Positions 52,615 to 62,162 of a stretch of DNA of 64,000 nucleotides are shown here, in pieces. This stretch comes from Leptolyngbyaceae cyanobacterium (lineage in GTDB: Bacteria; Cyanobacteriota; Cyanobacteriia; Phormidesmidales; Phormidesmidaceae). The notes beneath the pieces were generated by a model that saw only the letters and a program-made list of their open reading frames with translations, did no database searches and was not told where the DNA came from. Position 1 is the first letter of the stretch; each line of letters begins with the position of its first letter. Where the stretch lies: contig JBHJHA010000035.1 in assembly GCA_050331235.1 (NCBI GenBank), positions 79,311-143,310 on the forward strand. Direction: 5' to 3'. The position numbers were made by a program, and so were the translations under genes.

Positions 52615-54159
52615 ATGACCATACCGTTCATACTAGAAGTCGCGATCGGCTTAGTGTTTATCTATCTCACGCTGAGTCTGCTCGCGAGCGAAGTTCAAGA
52701 AATTATCGGCACTCTTTTACAGTGGCGTGCAGAGCATTTAAAGCGATCCATCGAGGTGCTGATTGCCGCCAATGATAAAGACAGCAAAGAAGCCGCGGAA
52801 ACCTTAGCTAACCGCCTCTACGACACCCCGCTCATCCGCAGCTTAAATCAGGAAGCCACGGGTCCCATTGCCCACTTCTTTCGGTTGATCAATCAAGTCA
52901 TCGGTCAGGTTTACCGGACGATTACAAGGGCTCGCAACGTCTTTGGTAACAAAACCAGTGGCCCCTCCTATATTCCTGCCAAAACGTTTGCTCAAGCTCT
53001 ATTAGAAAGCGTTCAAGTTGAAGATTTGCGGGCAGTTTTATTGGAGAGTCGCTTAGGCCGGTTTATTCAAGAGAAACTAACGCTGCCGCTCAACCATATG
53101 GTCAATGATCTGAGGGCCAGCACCGCGAATGAGTTTCTGCTTAACACAGAGTTCCGTAATCTAGAAAGGTCGATTACCCAACTCATCGAGGACTTTCGGG
53201 AACAGCGGAGTACGCTATCGGAAACCCTCGATCGCTTAGTTGTTCGCTTAGACGAATTTGCCGCTGCCGCCCAGGCTGCGCTACCCGATAACCATCATCT
53301 GACTGAAACTTTTATGCGGCGGTTGGACTATCTCCGCCAAACCCTTGCCAGCACGACTTTAGATAAGTCTGCCATGATGAAAGCTATCCAACCGAGCCTG
53401 GCAGAGTTAGTTTCCGTTGTGGACTCTGATAGCTCAGTCTATCGAGAACTCAAGGAATTAGTGAGGCGCGATGGGGGCAAAGCTGAAAAAATTCTCACGA
53501 ATATAGAGAGCAATACTCTACCCGCCAGTCTCCAAGCAACATTAATCTCGCTAGCTGAAAAAGCTGGCAGTTCGTTGGCAGCTAAAGCCAGCGATACCGT
53601 TTTAGGAACGATGCAGAATCTAACCGAAGACTCTGTCAGCAACCTCAAAATTTACCTGTCTGATTTAGAGAGTGATGTCAAAGCTTTGGGCCTAGAGGTT
53701 GAGGCTTGGTTTAATCGCGGGATGGCTCGGGCCCAGGGCGTTTATAAGCGGAATGCTAAGGCTGTTGGATTGATGATTGGTATTGCGATCGCCATTTCCC
53801 TCAATGCCGACTCGCTGCATATCTTGGACAGCCTATCCCGCGATCCAGCGGTCCGCAATGCAATTACCCAAGCTGCAGAGCAAGTCGCTACAGACAATCC
53901 GGAAGTGATTGGCCAACTCGAAGAGGAGGTTGATCAAGTCCTGAGCGATCTACCCATTCCAATCGGATACAGTGAGGCCATTACCAGTAAACAGCAAGCT
54001 GCCCAAGATTCTTGGTTTATTCCCCTCATTCCGCGTCGGTTAGTTGGTTGGTTAATTACCGGCTTTGCCATCTCCATGGGCTCCAGTTTTTGGTTCAACT
54101 TGCTCAAGCGCGTGGTCAATGTCAAAAACTCTGGCAAAGAAGAGGGTACGAAGGATTAG
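52615..54159 (+). CDS. conserved hypothetical membrane protein
   Basis: N-terminal TM (EVAIGLVFIYLTLSLLASEVQE...LQWRA), a long helical soluble region, and C-terminal TMs with GWLITGFAISMGSSFWF. Confidence 0.85.
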   Translation: MTIPFILEVAIGLVFIYLTLSLLASEVQEIIGTLLQWRAEHLKRSIEVLIAANDKDSKEAAETLANRLYDTPLIRSLNQEATGPIAHFFRLINQVIGQVYRTITRARNVFGNKTSGPSYIPAKTFAQALLESVQVEDLRAVLLESRLGRFIQEKLTLPLNHMVNDLRASTANEFLLNTEFRNLERSITQLIEDFREQRSTLSETLDRLVVRLDEFAAAAQAALPDNHHLTETFMRRLDYLRQTLASTTLDKSAMMKAIQPSLAELVSVVDSDSSVYRELKELVRRDGGKAEKILTNIESNTLPASLQATLISLAEKAGSSLAAKASDTVLGTMQNLTEDSVSNLKIYLSDLESDVKALGLEVEAWFNRGMARAQGVYKRNAKAVGLMIGIAIAISLNADSLHILDSLSRDPAVRNAITQAAEQVATDNPEVIGQLEEEVDQVLSDLPIPIGYSEAITSKQQAAQDSWFIPLIPRRLVGWLITGFAISMGSSFWFNLLKRVVNVKNSGKEEGTKD

Positions 54160-54424
54160 CCACCCAGACTTCGGCCACTATCCCAGCAGCTTTCTCGCTT
54201 CATGATTAGGTCACCGCTTCATCAGTCTATAACTTCAAATAGGACGGCCTCTACGGTTCCTAAATTCGGCTGCCTTTCCTGGCTCAACTACCCAAAAATG
54301 CTATGCGGTTCTGCCTGCTAATCATCATGTTTACTACTGTATAGCGATAACCAGGATTGGCACTTTTGAAGGCATTAAAGAAAGTGTATTTTCAATCCAG
54401 TGTGAACACAAAAATTGAGGGAAT

Positions 54425-54440
54425 TGTAATAATAGAGACA
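54425..54440 (+). promoter_or_regulatory. putative NtcA-like box overlapping a -10-like element
   Basis: TGTA-ATAATAGA-GACA has one mismatch to TGTA-N8-TACA and contains TGnAATAAT. It ends about 10 nt upstream of the riboswitch. Confidence 0.5.
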
Positions 54441-54450
54441 GAACAGCTGA

Positions 54451-54540
54451 ACGTTCATCCTGTTGCTCTTTGCTCGACCTCAATCAACCCTAGCAGTAGT
54501 AATCAGGACGGAAGTAGGGTTAGGCCCCGAAGGAACGCGC
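54451..54540 (+). ncRNA. glutamine riboswitch (glnA RNA motif, type I)
   Basis: P1 CGTTC/GAACG, P2 TCCTG...CAGGA, junction CGGA, and E-loop AGTA...GAA enclosing P3 GGG-TTAGG-CCC, ending GAAGGAACGCGC. This is the glnA-motif architecture. Confidence 0.88.
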
Positions 54541-54575
54541 CCCCAATACATCTAACTCATAACTGGAGGCGAATC

Positions 54576-54701
54576 ATGTTAGACACTTCATTGATTCAAG
54601 GATTGGAAGTGATCGCTATCGTCAGTGTGATGACGACCGTTTTATCTCCCATTTTGTGCTGGGTGTTGACGCATCCTTTGCTCGAGAGTAAAGCGGGCTA
54701 A
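54576..54701 (+). CDS. 41-aa single-TM small protein downstream of the glutamine riboswitch
   Basis: GGAGG RBS 6 nt before the ATG; MLDTSLIQGLEVIAIVSVMTTVLSPILCWVLTHPLLESKAG*; followed by a terminator. Confidence 0.72.
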   Translation: MLDTSLIQGLEVIAIVSVMTTVLSPILCWVLTHPLLESKAG

Positions 54702-54714
54702 GCCGGAAAACGTC

Positions 54715-54754
54715 ACAGCCCGATGGTTCGCGCGATCCATCGGGCTGTATTTTT
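54715..54754 (+). terminator. rho-independent terminator
   Basis: ACAGCCCGATGG-N10-CCATCGGGCTGT followed by ATTTTT. Confidence 0.82.
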
Positions 54755-54841
54755 GATTGCACCCCATCCTGGGCGGTGCAACCTAATTATGTGGTTTTTA
54801 CGCAGGTTGTCGATGGCGACTCGGCGATCGAGAATTTGTGC

Positions 54842-55003
54842 TCAAGTAGCGCTTGCTGGCCTCACTTTATATGCCTTGTGCATAGGATAACCGTCCTGGG
54901 CATAGATGCGATCCACGCAGTTTTGCGCAATTTCTAAATCTTGAAAGACACTCAGTACTTCTTCTCGCCCATTGGCGTAGAGCACACATAACTCCCAAAA
55001 CAT
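54842..55003 (-). CDS. 53-aa small protein resembling a cyanobacterial family (below the ORF-track cutoff)
   Basis: AGGAG RBS; MFWELCVLYANGREEVLSVFQDLEIAQNCVDRIYAQDGYPMHKAYKVRPASAT*. Confidence 0.72.
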   Translation of the reverse strand: MFWELCVLYANGREEVLSVFQDLEIAQNCVDRIYAQDGYPMHKAYKVRPASAT

Positions 55004-55273
55004 GACGAACTCCTGAACTGACTGAATCAGCCTTCGAGAAGCTTTAATTAAGCTTCGTACTCCAGCCTGTTTTAAGCGTATTGCTTGATTCCAGCTTCGT
55101 AATCCGCAAGATTATCGAATCGATAATGGAATGCTGGCTATTTGGTGAAACAACTGCGGCGGACATTGACGGCTATTGACAACCGCAGCGCTCGATCGCC
55201 TTGCTGGCCCGATCGCGGCTCCATTTTCGGTAAGGGGAGCAGTGATAGCAACCTAGGCGGTGAGGATGTAGCG

Positions 55274-56404
55274 GTGGCAAAATTTGACTGTGTGATTGTG
55301 GGGGCTGGACCCGCAGGGAGTAGTGCGGCCTATCACCTATCCCGGCGAGGGATTACCGTGCTCCTGCTAGATCAAGCCACCTTTCCCCGTAACAAGCCCT
55401 GCACTGGCGCCGTATCACCCCGAATCGCTGAATGGTTTGATTTTGACTTTGCGCCTGCTCTAGAGACAACCGAACGACGCATTCGCTACACCTGGAAGCT
55501 CGGCGATGAAGTTGCAGCAGAATTGAAGACCCAGGAGCCGATTTGGTTAGTCAAACGAGACAAGTTTGACCAGTTTTTGGTAGAGCAGGCGATCGCCCAG
55601 GGCACCACCTTTCAAGATGGGACTGCCGTTACAGGTCTCACTTTTACCGCAGGACAGTGGCAAATTCAGACCCCAGCCGAAACCTTTCACAGTGACTACT
55701 TAGTGGCGGCAGATGGCGGTCAGGGGCCTATCGCTGGCTGGCTGGGCTTGAAACAGCCGTCGCCGCGGGCGGCGGCGATGTATACCCTGTCTGCTCCCTT
55801 GCCGACGGACTACAGCGCCCTTAATTTTGAATTTGGCTTGCTCAAAAACGGGTGTTTATGGTGCTTTCCTCAAACCCAGGGCACTGTGATGGGAGCCCTG
55901 AGTCTTGTGGGCAATGAGCCCGCTGATTTTGAAACGACCTTTGCGGCCTATACGGCTGGCCTCATGGGGCCAGACTTCCCGGGTGAATGCCATTCATGCC
56001 CTGTGCAGCTTTGGGATGGTCACTATCCGCGTCATACCCAGCAAGCGGTGGTGGTAGGCGAGGCCGCGGCGATTGTTGATCCGTTGTCGGCGGAAGGCAT
56101 CCGCCATGGTCTGTACAGCGGCATGAAAGGGGCTGAGGCGATCGCCTCAGCCCTAGCGGGTAATGCCGCTGCCTTGGCTGGCTACACCGACGCCATGACC
56201 GCCTGGGGCAATAATATGCAGTGGGCCCAGCGTATTGCTGGCGTATTCTTTCGGGTGCCGGGTATTGGCTACCGAGTCGGGATCAAACGACCCACCATGA
56301 CCAAACGTATGGGCCAACTGCTAACCGGCGAAATTCAATACAGCGACATCGCCAACCGCGTCATCAAGCGGCTAACAACCGGTTTTCTGCCGGGGCGTTC
56401 GTAA
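55274..56404 (+). CDS. geranylgeranyl reductase-family FAD oxidoreductase
   Basis: DCVIVGAGPAGSSAA, FPRNKPC, LVAADG and VGEAAAIVDPLSAEGI. The GTG start follows GAGG. Confidence 0.88.
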   Translation: MAKFDCVIVGAGPAGSSAAYHLSRRGITVLLLDQATFPRNKPCTGAVSPRIAEWFDFDFAPALETTERRIRYTWKLGDEVAAELKTQEPIWLVKRDKFDQFLVEQAIAQGTTFQDGTAVTGLTFTAGQWQIQTPAETFHSDYLVAADGGQGPIAGWLGLKQPSPRAAAMYTLSAPLPTDYSALNFEFGLLKNGCLWCFPQTQGTVMGALSLVGNEPADFETTFAAYTAGLMGPDFPGECHSCPVQLWDGHYPRHTQQAVVVGEAAAIVDPLSAEGIRHGLYSGMKGAEAIASALAGNAAALAGYTDAMTAWGNNMQWAQRIAGVFFRVPGIGYRVGIKRPTMTKRMGQLLTGEIQYSDIANRVIKRLTTGFLPGRS

Positions 56405-56419
56405 GTTCTAGGCTGTCCA

Positions 56420-56917
56420 CTACTGAGCTAGCTGCGTTAAGGCCGCGCCAGTGACGCGACAAAGTTGCCATTCCGGTTTGATTTCCGCTCCCATCCGCTC
56501 ATAGAAGGCGATCGCGGGGCGGTTCCAGTCCAGCACGTTCCAATCTAGGCGGCCGCAGTCCCGCGCTACAGCTAGCTGGGCCAAATGCCGCAGCAGGGCT
56601 TTACCAATGCCCTGGCCGCGATGCTCAGGCAACACAAATAAATCTTCTAAGTAAATGCCCGGCTGCATCAAGAATGTTGAGTAGTTGTGAAAAAACAAGG
56701 CAAAGCCGACGGCTTGTTCATCCACGCGGGCAATCAGCGCCTCGGCATAGGGGCGATCGCCAAACAGATGTTGTTCTAGATCGCTGAGCTGACCAGTCAC
56801 TTCATGGGCGAGCTTTTCGTACTCAGCTAACGCGTTGATCAAAGCGTAAATCGCGGGAACATCACCGGGCTGGGCCGAGGTGATTGTTATTGAGTGGGGA
56901 TTCATCACATCAGACAT
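56420..56917 (-). CDS. GNAT N-acetyltransferase (SSAT-like)
   Basis: LAEYEK, YSTF, IYLEDLFV...RGQGIGKALL and VLDWNRPAIAFY. Confidence 0.92.
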   Translation of the reverse strand: MSDVMNPHSITITSAQPGDVPAIYALINALAEYEKLAHEVTGQLSDLEQHLFGDRPYAEALIARVDEQAVGFALFFHNYSTFLMQPGIYLEDLFVLPEHRGQGIGKALLRHLAQLAVARDCGRLDWNVLDWNRPAIAFYERMGAEIKPEWQLCRVTGAALTQLAQ

Positions 56918-57361
56918 GGTAAAAACAGCAGTATCTCTGGATGGAGCAAATGGGTAGATGGAGCAAATAGGTGATCGCCATGACTGAACTAGCCGCCCCC
57001 AAGATAGGTGCGGTTACCCACCGGCGGCGGGTAATTTCAGCCATTGAGAATTTTGCCAAACTTTCGTATCATCGAGCTTCTGAATTAATCTGACAGACGC
57101 TAATTGACCGTGAGCAGAAAGCAAAGGTCTACCATATATATTGATGGAGTGTGCAAGCTGGTCAGCGGCTGCCCCTGACGACGGGGCCTGTGTAATGATG
57201 GTTGGCAGTACCGTGAGCAATTTTGCTGACGCTAAAAGGCTAGAGTCAGTTGGCTATCTGTTGCATGTCATACAGCATCCTCGGGCTGAACACCGCAGGC
57301 TGAGGTAAGTCATCAAGTCATCACCGTTAGGCAAAGGGACGAACGAGGAGACACGAGTCGA

Positions 57362-59872
57362 ATGGGTAAAGTTGTTGGTATTGACCTTGGGACAACCAAC
57401 TCAGTGGTCTCTGTTATGGAGGGTGGCAAGCCCATCGTCATCGCCAATGCTGAAGGCATGCGCACCACTCCTTCCGTGGTTGCCTTTAGCAAGGATGGCG
57501 AACGCCTGGTGGGTCAGATGGCCCGTCGACAAGCCGTGTTGAATCCTCAAAATACCTTTTACGGTGTCAAACGGTTCATGGGGCGCAAGTATGGGGAACT
57601 CACCCCCGATTCGAAGCGGGTGCCTTACACCATCCGCCGGGGCGACAACAATGAGGTGCGAATCCAATGTCCGCGTTTAGAGCGCGAGTTTGCCCCCGAA
57701 GAACTTTCCTCCATGATTTTGCGTAAGCTCGCTGATGAAGCCAGTCGCTATCTGGGGGAACCCGTGACCGGGGCGGTGATTACTGTGCCGGCCTACTTCA
57801 ACGACGCTCAGCGACAGGCCACCCGCAATGCTGGGCGTATTGCCGGGTTAGAGGTGCAGCGCATTCTCAACGAACCCACCGCGGCTGCCTTGGCCTATGG
57901 GCTGGAACAGCAATACAGCCAAACTGTGTTGGTATTTGACCTCGGGGGGGGCACCTTCGACGTCTCCATTCTAGATGTCGGCGATGGCGTGTTTGAAGTG
58001 CGGTCCACAGCCGGTGATACCCAGTTGGGTGGCACCAACTTTGATAAGAAGATTGTTGATTGGCTGGCCGATGAATTTCTAGAAGCGGAAGGTGTGGATC
58101 TCCGCCGCGATCGCCAGTCGCTTCAGCGCTTAACCGAAGCCGCCGAAAAAGCCAAGATTGAACTGTCCGGGGTCAACGTTTCAGATATCAACCTGCCTTT
58201 CATTACCGCGACGGCTGACGGTCCCAAACATTTAGAAACGTCGCTCTCGCGGTCACAGTTTGAGGGCTTGTGTGGTGATTTGATGAGTCGCCTGAGGGGA
58301 CCGCTAAAGCAAGCTCTGTCTGATGCTGGACTCACCCCGGATCAAATTGACGAGGTCGTGCTGGTGGGCGGTTCGAGTCGAATGCCGATGGTACATGATC
58401 TGGTGCGATCGCTCATTCGCCGGCCTCCCAATCAAAATGTCAATCCTGACGAAGTCGTGGCCGTCGGTGCGGCGATTCAAGCCGGCATTCTGACCCAAGA
58501 GGTGCAAGACATTCTCCTGTTAGATGTCACGCCGCTGTCACTGGGGTTGGAAACTATTGGTGGCGTCATGAAAAAGGTGATTCCGCGGAATACTACCATT
58601 CCCGTGCGGCGATCGGACATTTTTTCTACCTCAGAAAATAACCAAACGATGGTGGAAGTTCATGTCTTGCAGGGCGAGCGCGAAATGGCCACCGACAACA
58701 AAGATTTGGGCCGGTTCAAACTGATGGGGATTCCCCCTGCGCCGCGAGGAGTTCCCCAGGTGCAGGTGGCCTTTGACATTGACGCCAACGGCATCCTCCA
58801 GGTCTCCGCCATGGACCGGACCACTGGGCGCGAGCAAAGCTTGACCATTCAAGGGTCAGCTACCCTGAGCGAGGCCGAAGTCCAGCAGATGATCCGCGAC
58901 GCGGAGGAATATTCTGAGACTGATCGCCTCAAACGCGAACAAGTTGAAAAGCGCAATCGGGCCGAGGCTCTGACCTATCAGTCTGAGCGGATCCTGCGTG
59001 AAGTCGTGCTTGATTTTGGGATGCAGTTTGCCCGCGATCGCCGGCGACGGGTTGAGCGCCTCATTCAGGAGCTCCGCGAGTGCTTAGCCAATAATGATGA
59101 ACGTGGGATTGACATTACCCAAGCTGAACTGCAAGACGAAGTGTACGAGCTCAATCGGGAAGCCTACCTGTATGAGGACGACACTGAAGAAACCGACTTT
59201 TTGGGGCAAATCGGGGGGACGCTCAAGCGTACCTTTATGGGAGATGAGGATGACTTCAACCGTTACGAAGATAGCTGGTCCCGTCGCCCCGCTTGGGACG
59301 ATGACGCTTGGAATTATGATCGGCCCCGATTGACGGGAACGCCCCCCGCTAACGATTATTACAACGCGCCCCCGGCTCGCTATCAGCCGGACAGCTATGG
59401 TGCTGCCCCCCGTACCAATGCGCCCTATGGCGCTCCTCGTAATTACGCAGATCCCCGTAGTTCCGAGGGATATGGTGCGCCAGGCGACAACGGTATGAGC
59501 CCCGACAGGCCCCGCGACTATGGCAATGAACCGCCCCGCCCCAATGGTGGCTATGGGCAGCCCGGTCCAGGCTATGCCGGCGATCGCTACGCCCCTAATC
59601 AACCGCCTCGCTATCCCAATGAGCGACGACCTGAGGGTGATGCCTACCGCGCCCCTGATCCATGGGGAAATGGCGATGCCTATGGCAACCAGCGTCCTCC
59701 AGCGCCTGAAGCTCGGGACTGGAATCGACCCTCGACAGACGCCAATCGTCCGCTGCAAAACCGCCCCCCCCAAGACCCTCAAACGGGTCGCCGAAATGAC
59801 TATGATGCCCCCCGAAGAAGCGGTGGCAGCGGTTATGATGACGACTGGGGAGACGAAGACGAATGGTTTTAA
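57362..59872 (+). CDS. dnaK: Hsp70 chaperone, DnaK3-type, with a long low-complexity C-terminal tail
   Basis: [25 protein letters not shown] and NPDEVVA. It ends [11 protein letters not shown] and is followed by a dnaJ gene. Confidence 0.96.
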   Translation: MGKVVGIDLGTTNSVVSVMEGGKPIVIANAEGMRTTPSVVAFSKDGERLVGQMARRQAVLNPQNTFYGVKRFMGRKYGELTPDSKRVPYTIRRGDNNEVRIQCPRLEREFAPEELSSMILRKLADEASRYLGEPVTGAVITVPAYFNDAQRQATRNAGRIAGLEVQRILNEPTAAALAYGLEQQYSQTVLVFDLGGGTFDVSILDVGDGVFEVRSTAGDTQLGGTNFDKKIVDWLADEFLEAEGVDLRRDRQSLQRLTEAAEKAKIELSGVNVSDINLPFITATADGPKHLETSLSRSQFEGLCGDLMSRLRGPLKQALSDAGLTPDQIDEVVLVGGSSRMPMVHDLVRSLIRRPPNQNVNPDEVVAVGAAIQAGILTQEVQDILLLDVTPLSLGLETIGGVMKKVIPRNTTIPVRRSDIFSTSENNQTMVEVHVLQGEREMATDNKDLGRFKLMGIPPAPRGVPQVQVAFDIDANGILQVSAMDRTTGREQSLTIQGSATLSEAEVQQMIRDAEEYSETDRLKREQVEKRNRAEALTYQSERILREVVLDFGMQFARDRRRRVERLIQELRECLANNDERGIDITQAELQDEVYELNREAYLYEDDTEETDFLGQIGGTLKRTFMGDEDDFNRYEDSWSRRPAWDDDAWNYDRPRLTGTPPANDYYNAPPARYQPDSYGAAPRTNAPYGAPRNYADPRSSEGYGAPGDNGMSPDRPRDYGNEPPRPNGGYGQPGPGYAGDRYAPNQPPRYPNERRPEGDAYRAPDPWGNGDAYGNQRPPAPEARDWNRPSTDANRPLQNRPPQDPQTGRRNDYDAPRRSGGSGYDDDWGDEDEWF

Positions 59873-59946
59873 GCCGGGTCTGACCGTCACTGTACACACA
59901 TTTATCGCCAGGCCGATCATGATGGGTCGGAGTAGCTGCTGCGTCC

Positions 59947-60927
59947 ATGCAAAACTTTCGGAATTACTTTGAGATCTTAGGAGTTAATCAAGAAGCTTCG
60001 CTGGCAGATATCAAGCAGGCTTATCGTCAGCAGGCCCGCAAATATCACCCCGATCTCAATCCGGGGGACAAAGAGGCGGAAGAAAAGTTCAAGCTGCTCG
60101 GCGAAGCCTACGAAATTCTGTCTGATCCAGAGCGGCGATCACAGTACGAAGATTACAGTAGCTTTTGGCAGCAAAAAGGATTTCGCCAGCGGGTCAGCAA
60201 GTTTTCTTTTAAGGATATTGACTTTGGTGATTTGGGCGACTTTAACTCTTTTGTTGACCAGTTGCTCAACCGTCGAGAAGAGTCAACCAAAAATAGTAAT
60301 GGTCGCGCCTACTCAGAAGAAGTCGCCGCCAACGGTTATCGCTCGCCCTCACGGCCGACCAATACCTCAGCTGCCACTGAGCGCGGAGCGGGTCGACGAG
60401 ATGCAGAAGCCACACTGACTGTACCGTTAGAGCGTGCCTACGTTGGCGGTCAAGAACGCATTCGCCTCGAAGATGGACGGGCGATTGAAGTCGATATGCC
60501 CCCTGGCATGGTGACCGGCCAGCGCATTCGCCTCAAAGGGCAAGGGATTGGTGGTGGCAACCTTTATCTCCGCATTTCGGTAGAGCCCCACCCGTTTTTT
60601 AAGTTGGTGGATAACGATATTTTTTGTCGAATTCCGGTCACCCCCAGCGAGGCGACCGTTGGTAGTAACATCACCGTGCCCACCCTCGATGGTCCTGTGC
60701 AATTGGCCGTTCCCCCCGGCGTTCAAACCGGGAAACGCTTGCGGCTGGCCGGACGGGGTTATCCCATCGGGCGCGAACGTCGCGGCGATCAGATTATGGC
60801 AATTGAAGTCGTCATTCCCCCAGCGGTTAGCGATCGCGAACGTGCGCTCTACCAAGAGTTGAGAGCCTTAGAAACCTTCAATCCGCGAGCGGAGCTTTTG
60901 CAAGCTTGGCAAACGGCGTCACGATAG
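59947..60927 (+). CDS. dnaJ: class B J-domain co-chaperone (no zinc finger)
   Basis: J domain with HPD, a G/F-rich segment and a C-terminal substrate domain; no CxxCxGxG repeats. Confidence 0.92.
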   Translation: MQNFRNYFEILGVNQEASLADIKQAYRQQARKYHPDLNPGDKEAEEKFKLLGEAYEILSDPERRSQYEDYSSFWQQKGFRQRVSKFSFKDIDFGDLGDFNSFVDQLLNRREESTKNSNGRAYSEEVAANGYRSPSRPTNTSAATERGAGRRDAEATLTVPLERAYVGGQERIRLEDGRAIEVDMPPGMVTGQRIRLKGQGIGGGNLYLRISVEPHPFFKLVDNDIFCRIPVTPSEATVGSNITVPTLDGPVQLAVPPGVQTGKRLRLAGRGYPIGRERRGDQIMAIEVVIPPAVSDRERALYQELRALETFNPRAELLQAWQTASR

Positions 60928-60943
60928 CCAGACTGCTGTCTTC

Positions 60944-61849
60944 CTACAGGGACTCAATATCGTAAATGGTGGCTAGCCGATAGTCGGACTGGGGGCTTAC
61001 CGTGATGACGTCATCAGCGGCATTGGTCGTCTCCACACAGATAAAGCGTTGATAAGCATCGTCAGTCAAGTCCCCCGACTTGACTGAAATATCGACCCAT
61101 GGATTCCACACAACTGCCGTTTTATTGCCCGTTGAGGTGATCCGAATTCGTCGATTCAGTGCGGCGTCCTGAATTGTTAATTCTTGCGGTACGTCTTGAT
61201 AAATGCGGTCAACTTCCGATGCGATAGTGATGTCACCGCTTTGAGACTTGACCTTGAGCTCGTCTACTTTATCGATGTAGGTAGTGCCATCCAAACCGGT
61301 GACTGACGTTTGAGTGATATCACCGACGGCAAAGTATGTGTGGAGCGCTTGAGTAATTTCAAAGGGGCGATCGCCAGTATTCCGACTGATCAAAATGAAA
61401 TGCAGGGTTCTGCCTACTGTAATCTCAACCGATAGCTCAAAGGCATATGGCCATAGCTCACGGGTCTCATCAGTATCGCTGAAACCTAAGGTGATTTGAG
61501 TAGCGCCATCGATCAACGACTTAGTGCCCATGACTTCCCACATGCGATTGCGGGCAAATCCGTGGCTGGGTCGGCCTTTGCCCTCTGGGTCCGGCCCAAA
61601 CCAAGGCCAGCAAACGGGTGCCCCGCCCTTGATGGCCTTACCTGGGCGATAGTAGGCGTTCTCGCTCACAAACATCAGGTCTTCAGTGACGCCTTTGGGC
61701 TTAAAGGACAGCACCTGTCCCCCATAGAGAGAAATGAGCGCCTTTGCTTGGTCGTTGGCTACTTCCAGATTGGGAAAATCGCCTTTTCCCTCTACAAACC
61801 TCACGCTACCGCCAAGTCCATATTCCTGGTTGAGCTGAGCCAAGTCCAT
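60944..61849 (-). CDS. D-hexose-6-phosphate mutarotase (aldose 1-epimerase family)
   Basis: AIKGGAPVCWPWFG, HGFAR, ALHTYF, VVWNPW and FICVE. Confidence 0.93.
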   Translation of the reverse strand: MDLAQLNQEYGLGGSVRFVEGKGDFPNLEVANDQAKALISLYGGQVLSFKPKGVTEDLMFVSENAYYRPGKAIKGGAPVCWPWFGPDPEGKGRPSHGFARNRMWEVMGTKSLIDGATQITLGFSDTDETRELWPYAFELSVEITVGRTLHFILISRNTGDRPFEITQALHTYFAVGDITQTSVTGLDGTTYIDKVDELKVKSQSGDITIASEVDRIYQDVPQELTIQDAALNRRIRITSTGNKTAVVWNPWVDISVKSGDLTDDAYQRFICVETTNAADDVITVSPQSDYRLATIYDIESL

Positions 61850-62162
61850 TGTGCTATTCCTCTAGTCTGCTCTCTTGATTAAAGCGCAGCGATATTAAGA
61901 AATGGCGAAATTGGCATCACTTTCCCATCTATAGATTGGCGATGAAGGTTATTGCTCGAGAGGGCAATCACTGGCAGTCCGGTTCAGCTAAAAGTCGGCT
62001 AGTGCGCAGGGCGACTCACTGTCCTCGCAGCAAATTGGTTGGGCGGTATGTGGGTTCTGAGTTGAACTCAGCGATACTCAGAACCTGTAAAGTTCCTGCA
62101 ATCCGAGCTGCTGCTAGGGCGATCGCACTCGCGTCAGCCGCCATGTTCTCCGTTGAACCGAT

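Noticed and set aside
54357..54575. 114-aa ORF from the track starting at 54357
   Set aside because: The upstream part runs through the promoter and riboswitch; the GGAGG RBS supports the ATG at 54576.
59084..59972. Long antisense and alternative-frame ORFs over the dnaK tail (similar ones overlap dnaX, the RNase gene and proW)
   Set aside because: They are shadow frames of real genes, often over low-complexity sequence, with no recognisable motifs.
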